Assembly (NCBI RefSeq): GCF_000015145.1 | Contig: NC_008818.1 | Location: 780,001-812,000 of the forward strand | From: Hyperthermus butylicus DSM 5456 | Lineage (GTDB): Archaea > Thermoproteota > Thermoprotei_A > Sulfolobales > Pyrodictiaceae | DNA length: 32,000 bases | Reading direction: 5' to 3' | Shown: positions 16,068-23,374 of the stretch, in pieces | Position numbering within the stretch: position 1 is the stretch's first letter | How the letters are laid out: each line of letters starts with the position of its first letter | Notes under the pieces: generated by a model | What the model was told of the DNA's origin: nothing | The model's database searches: none | Seen by the model: the letters and a program-made list of their open reading frames with translations, nothing else | Program-made: the position numbers and the translations under genes

Positions 16068-16809
16068 ACCTGGGGGCCAGCTGTTCTGCCAACCTTTTCT
16101 CCTCGCCGGACAACGCGTCAATACGTATTGCATCGTAACCCAGTGCTATACGGAACCCCTCCACGAGGGCTACCGCCACCTCCCAGTAGTGGAGTTCGCG
16201 GCCAAGAAGCTGGGAGAGCGTTGCTACGCGGTCCCTTATCCTTAATGCTCCATGGCTTTCGAGCTTTGCCCTAGGGACGCGGAGGACCCTCTCCATCACG
16301 TCAAGGTTCGTGGCGTACAGCACGGTGCCATGCTGTAACACCGCTGTGGCCGTCCTAGCCTGCGCATTGCCCGAAACCTTTCTGCCACCAGCCACCACGT
16401 CGTTGATAGGCTTGTACTCTGCCTCCACACCGAGAATGCGAAGTGCCTCTACAACGCCGCGACAGAGCACACGGTAGCTCATGGCTACATCACGCAGCTC
16501 TGGACGGCCCTCAAGCCCCAGGACTATGGAGTAGGTGACCTCTCCATCGGTGTCATGGTAAACGCTTCCGCCCCCAGTAAACCTGCGAACAACGTCTATG
16601 CCTAGCTTCCTAGCCTCCTCCAGGTCTACGCTAGACTCTAGCCTCTGAAACCGTCCAATGGTTACCGCGTGGGGGCGGAAACGGTAAATGCGGAGCGTGT
16701 CGGGTATCCTTCCCATACTCCGCAGCCTAAGCAGCGCCTCGTCCACCGCCATCTGCCAGACTGCTGGAGCACCCTCTAGGTCCAATATGACCCGCAGCGT
16801 CCCCCGCAC
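16036..16809 (-). CDS. lplA: lipoate-protein ligase A, catalytic (BPL/LPL) domain only
   Basis: 257 aa with a GTG start. It has RRFTGGGSVYHD and RKVSGNAQ, the lipoyl-AMP binding motifs with the catalytic Lys. No C-terminal accessory domain is present. Confidence 0.88.
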   Translation of the reverse strand: MRGTLRVILDLEGAPAVWQMAVDEALLRLRSMGRIPDTLRIYRFRPHAVTIGRFQRLESSVDLEEARKLGIDVVRRFTGGGSVYHDTDGEVTYSIVLGLEGRPELRDVAMSYRVLCRGVVEALRILGVEAEYKPINDVVAGGRKVSGNAQARTATAVLQHGTVLYATNLDVMERVLRVPRAKLESHGALRIRDRVATLSQLLGRELHYWEVAVALVEGFRIALGYDAIRIDALSGEEKRLAEQLAPRYASREWLYRR

Positions 16810-16913
16810 AAATCATCCCCCGAGGGCATGCAATGCCAGGCCACCTATTAGGCCACAGTCTGCCGTGCACAATTTAAACACGCGTTGTGCCGACTACGAT
16901 AGGGTTTAGGGTC

Positions 16914-18323
16914 TTGCTACGTGTCGCAGTTATAGGCGGCGGAGCAGCTGGGATGGCTACTGCTAGCCGCGTCAAGCGCCTTCTACGGGACCGCGCTGAG
17001 GTAGTGGTGTTCGAGAAAACGCCATGGGTTAGCTTTGCCCTTTGCGGCACCCCCTACTACCTGAGCTGCAAGGTGAAGACGCTCAATGATCTCCTCCACT
17101 ATCCCCTTGAGGAGTTTACGGAGAAGCGCGGCATAAATGTGATGCTTAGGACGGAAGTTACCGACGTGGAGCTTGACGCTAGGAGGCTCAGGTACCGGAG
17201 GCTAGACACTGGCGAGACCGGTGTCTACGAGTTCGACTATGTCGTATTCGCCACTGGTGCTAGGCCACGAGCGCCCAAGAATTGGCTACGATTCCGCAAC
17301 GTCTTCACCCTTCACAGTCTCGCAGACGCTGATAGGCTTAGAGAGGCCGTTGTAAGGGATTCTGTACGCCGCGTCATAGTAATCGGTGCCGGCTATACAG
17401 GGATAGAAGCCGCTGACAACATCGCACTGCTAGGCCGCAGGGTCGTCATAGTGCATAGTAGCAAGAGGATTCTCAGCCGCAGCCTAGACCCGGATATAGC
17501 TGAAAAGGTTGAAGAACGTGCAAAAACTGCCGGAATAGAGTTCGTCCTTGGCAGAAGCGTAGTAGATGTAGAGGGCTCTGAGGGCTACGCTAGGAGTGTA
17601 GTCTTAGACAACGGGGAGAAGATGTATGGCGACCTCTTCGTAGTTAGCATGGGCATAGAGCCCAACGTCGAGCTTGCCCGGAGGGCGGGGGTGAGGATAG
17701 GCGGGACTGGAGCAATCTGGGTCGATACTAGGCTTAGGACGAGTAGAGAGGAGGCATACGCTGTCGGAGATGTTGCTGAGACCGTCGACATACTCACCGG
17801 GGAGAGAATATGGTGGCCCTTCGCCACTGCAGCCAATAAGATGGGGTTTGTAGCTGGGACAAACATTGCGGGAGGCGATGCATTCTTCCCCGGCGTTGTT
17901 AGGACTAGGGCCATGGGGGCCTTTGGCCTCTACATTGCCGGCACTGGTCTACTGGAGGAGGAGGCTCGTAGAATGGGCTTTGACGTGGTAACTGCAACTC
18001 TAACAGCTCATACCAGGGCCAGGTATATGGGCCACGGGCCGGAGATAGTGTTGAAGGTGCTCGCAGATGCTAACACTGGTATGCTTTTGGGAGCACAAGC
18101 ATTGTCTGAGGATCCGAGCGCCTTCTGGAGGATTGCTGTGGTTGCGACACTACTGATGAAGAAGGCTAGCGTTTGGGACCTCTTCAACGCCGATATAGGC
18201 TATTGGCCCGGGGTGAACACTGTATGGGACCCACTGGTTGTTGCAGCGAGACTGCTATTACGCAGGCTCGGCACGAGGCCTAGGGAGGTTTCCCGCCAAG
18301 ATACCGGCTCCAAAGGGGCCTAG
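16914..18323 (+). CDS. FAD-dependent pyridine nucleotide-disulfide oxidoreductase (CoA-disulfide reductase / NADH oxidase type)
   Basis: The ORF is open from GTG 16887. TTG 16914 is preferred because the TATA-like AATTTAAACA at 16871-16880 sits only about 10 nt before 16887. It has VAVIGGGAAGMATA (FAD fold), the single redox Cys in SFALCGTPYY and a second dinucleotide fold VIVIGAGYTGIE. Confidence 0.85.
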   Translation: MLRVAVIGGGAAGMATASRVKRLLRDRAEVVVFEKTPWVSFALCGTPYYLSCKVKTLNDLLHYPLEEFTEKRGINVMLRTEVTDVELDARRLRYRRLDTGETGVYEFDYVVFATGARPRAPKNWLRFRNVFTLHSLADADRLREAVVRDSVRRVIVIGAGYTGIEAADNIALLGRRVVIVHSSKRILSRSLDPDIAEKVEERAKTAGIEFVLGRSVVDVEGSEGYARSVVLDNGEKMYGDLFVVSMGIEPNVELARRAGVRIGGTGAIWVDTRLRTSREEAYAVGDVAETVDILTGERIWWPFATAANKMGFVAGTNIAGGDAFFPGVVRTRAMGAFGLYIAGTGLLEEEARRMGFDVVTATLTAHTRARYMGHGPEIVLKVLADANTGMLLGAQALSEDPSAFWRIAVVATLLMKKASVWDLFNADIGYWPGVNTVWDPLVVAARLLLRRLGTRPREVSRQDTGSKGA

Positions 18324-19173
18324 AGACCACGGTGTTAAAGGCAAACAACGCGTAACCTGCAACTATTAAGGCTGGAGAGGGTTCTGCTACAACCTTCTCA
18401 GCCATGGAGGCTAGGGCGAGCCATGCAAACGAGTATATTGCTGCAGCCAGTCTCGCCCTGGTCTTCTTATCGTTTTCGAGCACCGGCAACACCCAGTTCT
18501 TGGCTGGGAGTAGTAGGAGCCCGGCAGCCAGCAAACCCACGTCTATGCCGAGTAGCTTTACCGCCGACATGTAGGTTGGACTTGTGGCTGCAGCATAGCC
18601 GGCCAGGGGGGTGGAGGCTGCGGCGGCGAGGGAGACGTATTCCAGCGTGTCGAGCCTCCTCCAAAATAGCATGCAGAGCACGCACAACGCAACCGCAACA
18701 AGGATGCCACCAACAACGTCTACGGGGTAATGTACACCCAGCACTACCCGGGAATAGGATACCGCTGCAACGTGTAGAACTCCCACAGCAGTTAGGACCG
18801 GGCTACGGGTATAGAACGCTATAACGAGCCAGAACGCGGTAGAAAGAGCGGCATGACCACTCGGAAATCCAGGCCCCGAAGCCTCTACCAGCCAATGCTC
18901 CCTCGGAGGCCTAGGCATTCCGAGGCCAACCTTCAACGCCACAACAATACTGGACACGCTTACTAGGCTCGCAACAAGCCTTAAGCCAAAACCGCTCGGC
19001 CCCAGCGTGTAAATGAGCAGACCCACAAGCATGTAGAGGGCTTCCTCGCCTAGCAGCGAGGAGACCTTGCAGACCGCCACCGAACCTGCAAGACAGCCAG
19101 CAGCCTCACCCATCGCGCCAAGGAGTAACAGCAGCGCTAACATCCTAAGCCTGCGCTTACCGGGCGTCTCCAT
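18280..19173 (-). CDS. PAP2-family membrane phosphatase
   Basis: 297 aa, polytopic. It has all three PAP2 motifs: KVGLGMPRP, PSGH and SRVVLGVHYPVDV. Confidence 0.85.
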   Translation of the reverse strand: METPGKRRLRMLALLLLLGAMGEAAGCLAGSVAVCKVSSLLGEEALYMLVGLLIYTLGPSGFGLRLVASLVSVSSIVVALKVGLGMPRPPREHWLVEASGPGFPSGHAALSTAFWLVIAFYTRSPVLTAVGVLHVAAVSYSRVVLGVHYPVDVVGGILVAVALCVLCMLFWRRLDTLEYVSLAAAASTPLAGYAAATSPTYMSAVKLLGIDVGLLAAGLLLLPAKNWVLPVLENDKKTRARLAAAIYSFAWLALASMAEKVVAEPSPALIVAGYALFAFNTVVSRPLWSRYLGGKPP

Positions 19174-19270
19174 GCCCAGGCTTTCCTCTCAATTCGCGCT
19201 CTCGGAGTAGCCAGGGTAGCCGCGTCTACTTAAGCTGTTACGCTACCAGGGCCTACCGGTGCTAGTGCTA

Positions 19271-19297
19271 CAGCCCTGAGGCTTAACGTCAGGGCTG
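19271..19297. other. perfect 9-bp hairpin/inverted repeat in a divergent promoter region
   Basis: CAGCCCTGA (19271-19279) pairs with TCAGGGCTG (19289-19297) across a 9-nt loop. It lies 35 nt upstream of the 19332 TTG start. Confidence 0.6.
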
Positions 19298-19331
19298 GGG
19301 CTTCCCAGAGTGTAGGCTGGGAGGTGATTAC

Positions 19332-20903
19332 TTGAAGGTAGCAATAGTGACAGGGAGAAGGGCTACAAGCTTTTTACGCGATATCGCGCGAGAGCTAAGC
19401 AAAAGGATCGGCTGGACCGTAGACGTTGTTGCTGTACCGGTGGAGGTTGCAGCTCTCATACCGCGTGAGGCTCTCGAGCAAACCATTGAGAGGCTAGACT
19501 GTAGCTACGATATGGTTATCGTGCCGGGAACTCTGCCCTATAGCTTAGATGAGATACGGGCTCCGGACTGCCTCACTATTGTCAAGGGCCCAATCGACCC
19601 AACTGACTTGCTCATCCTCGCGGAGCTTGGTGAGGAGGGGCTCCGGGAGCTGAGGGAGAATAGGGTTCTCTCGCCGGAGCTAGTTGCTGGTAGGTGGCTT
19701 GAGGAGCTAAAGCGTCATCACAATGAGACGTTGAGTATTGAGGTTTGCGGTGTCCGGGTACCAGTTAGGCCTCCGCCAATAGTGGTTGCTGCTGAGCTAT
19801 ACTACCGACCCGGTCTCAGCATAGCCGATAGGGTTGAGCAGTTACTCTCAATGGGCGCTGACATCGTGGTCATGGGCTTCGGAGCAGACATAGACCCAGG
19901 AGAGGCCATGGAGGTTGTTAGGACTGCTGCAAGGATTGCCGGTCAAGTAGCCATTGATAGTCCCGACAAAAAGCTAGTAGCTAGAGCCGTGAAGGAGGGC
20001 TACGCATGTCTCGCCTTCACTGCTAGCGAGGCTAGCAAGCTGCTTGACCTGCTCCCTAGAGGCTCTAGCGTCGTGGTAGCACCATATAGGGCGGACTATA
20101 GCGTACCCAGCAACCCCCATGAAAGAGTCGCGCTCCTCCAGAGACTAGTCAGGGAGGCTAGGAGCCGGGGCCTCACACCCATAGCTGACCCCCTAGTCGA
20201 GCCACCGGGCCACGGGTTTGCCAAGAGCGTTACAGCGTACATCCTAGCCTCGGAGGTTATTGACACACCGCTCCTCGCAGGAATAGCAAACGTGTATGAG
20301 CTAGTAGATGCTGACAGCCACGGCCAGATTGCCGTGCTAACCCAGCTCTACGGCGAGGCTGGCGCCTCAATAATGCTCGTAACCGAGGAAAGCCGTAAGT
20401 CGAGATTTGCAGTAGCAGAGGCAGCCATAGCAGCTACGCTTACAGGGCTATCCCTGCTGAAGAAGAGGCCACCCAAAGAGCTAGGACTAGGCTTATTCTA
20501 TGCTAAGGAGAAGAGGCCACGTAAAGGGGTTCCTCTTGCATCTAAGCCCGAGAGAGTCTACGATGCCTCTAAGCTCGCAGCCTGGGTTAGCTTCCGCCAG
20601 GACCGGCTCGGCAACCACCTCATAGCCGTGGAGGGCGGAGTTATAAGAGACTTGTACATTGGGAGCCGGGGCATTGTGGAAGTTAGGGGTAGAAGAGCTG
20701 AAGACATATACAAGGCCATAACGTATCTCGGCTTGGCAAGCGAACCATCCCACTATGCGTATCTCGGCTACGAGCTGTGCAAGGCTGAGCTGGCGTTAGA
20801 GCTTGAGTTAAGCTACGTACAGGAAGAGCCTCTCATAACACCGCCGTGGAAAAATGCACTCATCTACAGTGTCCGCGAAAAGAGGCCACGAAGGCTAGGA
20901 TGA
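19332..20903 (+). CDS. dihydropteroate-synthase-like (pterin-binding) protein with DUF4346-like C-terminal module
   Basis: 523 aa. The TTG start is preceded by a strong SD-like GGAGGTGA at 19321-19328. The length and the C-terminal SHYAYLGYELCKAELALELELSYVQEEPL recall the archaeal DHPS-related ~525-aa family. This assignment is from memory. Confidence 0.55.
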   Translation: MKVAIVTGRRATSFLRDIARELSKRIGWTVDVVAVPVEVAALIPREALEQTIERLDCSYDMVIVPGTLPYSLDEIRAPDCLTIVKGPIDPTDLLILAELGEEGLRELRENRVLSPELVAGRWLEELKRHHNETLSIEVCGVRVPVRPPPIVVAAELYYRPGLSIADRVEQLLSMGADIVVMGFGADIDPGEAMEVVRTAARIAGQVAIDSPDKKLVARAVKEGYACLAFTASEASKLLDLLPRGSSVVVAPYRADYSVPSNPHERVALLQRLVREARSRGLTPIADPLVEPPGHGFAKSVTAYILASEVIDTPLLAGIANVYELVDADSHGQIAVLTQLYGEAGASIMLVTEESRKSRFAVAEAAIAATLTGLSLLKKRPPKELGLGLFYAKEKRPRKGVPLASKPERVYDASKLAAWVSFRQDRLGNHLIAVEGGVIRDLYIGSRGIVEVRGRRAEDIYKAITYLGLASEPSHYAYLGYELCKAELALELELSYVQEEPLITPPWKNALIYSVREKRPRRLG

Positions 20904-21068
20904 CTGCTGCTCCTGGCTCTCCTGTGCAGGCTTTATCACGACGCTCCTGCCGCGCCACTCGTAGCGGCCCTCCCTGAGGGCCTTGAGTAGCTCTAGTGCC
21001 TGCTTGTCGTTAGGGTGCTTCTTTAGGTGTCTTTCAAGCCTCCGTATTAGGCGCAGCTTCCTGCTCAT
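20895..21068 (-). CDS. candidate small basic protein (57 aa), unannotated in the ORF track
   Basis: MSRKLRLIRRLERHLKKHPNDKQALELLKALREGRYEWRGRSVVIKPAQESQEQQSS, with ATG at 21068-21066. A TATA-like palindrome GCCTATAGGC lies at 21094-21103, about 26-35 nt upstream, which fits a leaderless transcript. The ORF overlaps the convergent upstream gene by 9 nt. Confidence 0.4.
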   Translation of the reverse strand: MSRKLRLIRRLERHLKKHPNDKQALELLKALREGRYEWRGRSVVIKPAQESQEQQSS

Positions 21069-21189
21069 AGCTTAGCACCATGTTGTGCTATAGGCCTATA
21101 GGCGGGGCCCTAAAGAGCCTAACTATCCCCAGGGGCTATGATGAGCAGCTGCCTGGTTGCAGAGCCCCGAGGAAGCAGGGGCGATGCAG

Positions 21190-21927
21190 TTAACCCCCCT
21201 TCGCTGAGCCTTGGGCAAGTTTTGAGCGTATAACTACAGCCATGTCGGGATAGTCGGTCGCTATTCCGTCAACGCCGCGTCTGGCAAGCTCTACTACCAG
21301 GTTTGGCTCATTAACTGTCCACGCTACCACACGTAGCCCGAGCCGGTGGGCAAAGGATACAGCCTTGGCAGTTGCTAGGGGGTAGCGTGGCAATACTAAC
21401 TCGCAGCGGAGCCGTCGACACTCAACAATCTTTCCTGGCGGCTTGAAGTAGATGATACCGGCTGGGATGCGGGACGCCCGGCTCTTAACAGTCTTCACCA
21501 CTTCCTCGTGGAAGCTTATGATGGCTACATAATCCTCTGCCGTTTCGGACAAAATAAGGTCTATTAGAGTGTGAGTATCACTGGGCTCCTTCACCTCTAG
21601 GAATAACGCTATCCTTCCGCGAGCCTCAGCCAGCAGCTCCTCAATCCTTGGCACGTACTCGCCACCGGGCAGCTCTACCCTTCTAACCTCCTCGTAGCTA
21701 GCCGAACGTATATCGAGAATTCCCCCGCCATGTTTTACGACTGGATCATGACTAGCTACTAGCACACCGTCACCGGTTCGCTGCACATCAAACTCAGCTA
21801 TGTCTGCACCAGCTTCTATAGCCTTTCTGAGTGCAGTAATTGTGTTCTCGGGGGCTAGGCCAGCTGCACCACGATGACCCACAACTGCGAAAGGCTTACG
21901 CGACAACCGTTCAAGAACAAGGTTCAC
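21190..21927 (-). CDS. glycerophosphodiester phosphodiesterase (GDPD family)
   Basis: 245 aa. It has VGHRGAAGLAPENT, EFDVQRTGDG and a C-terminal WTVN motif. Confidence 0.88.
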   Translation of the reverse strand: MNLVLERLSRKPFAVVGHRGAAGLAPENTITALRKAIEAGADIAEFDVQRTGDGVLVASHDPVVKHGGGILDIRSASYEEVRRVELPGGEYVPRIEELLAEARGRIALFLEVKEPSDTHTLIDLILSETAEDYVAIISFHEEVVKTVKSRASRIPAGIIYFKPPGKIVECRRLRCELVLPRYPLATAKAVSFAHRLGLRVVAWTVNEPNLVVELARRGVDGIATDYPDMAVVIRSKLAQGSAKGG

Positions 21928-21930
21928 GGC

Positions 21931-22919
21931 CTACCCCTCTCTCCTGCAGACGGGCCTAACTACCTCTATGTAGTCTTCGAGCTGTGCCACATCCTCTAGC
22001 CTACTTGGCGGCTTCTCTACATGCATTATCTTGACTATTGATGCTGGCTGGTTTAGGCTACATGCAAGTTCTTCCAGGTCGCGGAGGGCGCGCGCTTCAA
22101 CTGTTTCAAGACCCAGGCTCTTAGCCCTAGGTCCTAGCACCCTGTTAGCAACTATGGCCTCAACATTCAGCTTCTCGCTCCTAAACTTGTCAACAACCAT
22201 GCGTGCCTCGTATACAGGCAGTGGTTCCGGAGTTGCCACAATTATGAAGCTTGTCCGTTGTGAGTTCCTAATCTCGTCCCAGAGCTGAGTATAGCGGTTT
22301 TTCATCTCTTCCAGCTTCTCCAGTACAGGGTCGCTAGGCTTAACCTTACGGCCAAGAGCTTGAGCAATAGCATAGCGCAGCGATACTATGCGTTCGCGCA
22401 GCTCTATGAGCCTATTTACCCAGAACACGTAGAGCTTAGGGAGGAGCACTACCCTTACAGCTACACCCGTCGGCGGCGTATCTATAACCACATAGTCTAC
22501 ATCTCTCCTAGCATACAAGCTTGCCAGTATCCTTAGAAAGATCTCCTCCTCGAATCCTGGCGACTCACGTATAGCCTTGACGATATCGTCTATGCCTAGT
22601 GCCGAGAGCCCCGGAATAAGACGGCGTAGTAGTAACGCATACTCCTCCGAGACTTTGCGGGCAAGCACATCAATACCATATTAACCGCTCTTAGCCCAGG
22701 CTTAACCTCGGCTTCCTCTAGGGGCTTACGGAGCCCAAGGTATTCTAGGAGGTGGCCAGCAGGATCAAGACTTGCAAGTAGAACCTTGCCACCACTAGCA
22801 CTAAGCTCATATGCAAGCCTTATGCAAACAGTTGTTTTGCCAACACCGCCCTTGCCAGTAACTATAACTATGTGTGGTTTAGACCAAGCCGATACATCGA
22901 GACCATCAATAATCCTCAA
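21931..22919 (-). pseudogene. ArsA/Get3-family ATPase interrupted by a frameshift (two overlapping ORFs)
   Basis: The N-terminal ORF (22596-22919) carries the deviant Walker A VTGKGGVGKTT. The C-terminal ORF (21931-22668) carries DYVVIDTPPTG. Family-like sequence switches frame near 22670-22685: ...GLRAVN / YGIDVLARKVSEEY... The downstream frame is -1 relative to the upstream frame. Confidence 0.8.
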
Positions 22920-22925
22920 GGCTCG

Positions 22926-23237
22926 CTACCACTCCCCGCCAAACCTGCTAAAGAAGTCTGCTATGGTATCACTGCCCCTCCACGTCCGGTCAAATAGTAT
23001 GTGAACCTCCTTTTCAAGATAGGGAGCTAACTCAGCAGCAATACCAAGAGGCGCGAGAGGGAGGCCCACAAGGCTTCCAAGCACCATGCTTAGAAACGCG
23101 TGTTCAAGCTCTATGTACTCTAGCTCTAAGGCCTCAACGCTCTGTTCGATGAGAGCTTCACCCATACCTTTAAGAAATGCAAAGAACTCCCTAACAACGC
23201 GCAACAACTTGCCAAAGAGGCTCAATGTTGTACCCAC
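22926..23237 (-). CDS. hypothetical protein, co-operonic with the ArsA-like ATPase
   Basis: 103 aa, ending 6 nt before the ArsA-like start. It has amphipathic helices and one hydrophobic segment, AFLSMVLGSLVGLPLAPLGIAA. I recognise no family. Confidence 0.6.
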   Translation of the reverse strand: MGTTLSLFGKLLRVVREFFAFLKGMGEALIEQSVEALELEYIELEHAFLSMVLGSLVGLPLAPLGIAAELAPYLEKEVHILFDRTWRGSDTIADFFSRFGGEW

Positions 23238-23374
23238 GCTCCCATTCTAGGCTTGACTGTATACGCCTGCGAGAAAAATACTATCGCTGGGAGAGGCAGA
23301 GAATGTTGAAAGTATGAGAGGGTTGAGACCTCGAAAAAACCGTGTGGGAGAGTGTCTTACAGAAGTTCCTTCTC

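Noticed and set aside
21138-21144. ATGATGA C-box-like motif suggesting a C/D box sRNA
   Set aside because: No CTGA D or D' box follows at the required spacing on either strand, and there are no terminal stem or k-turn partners.
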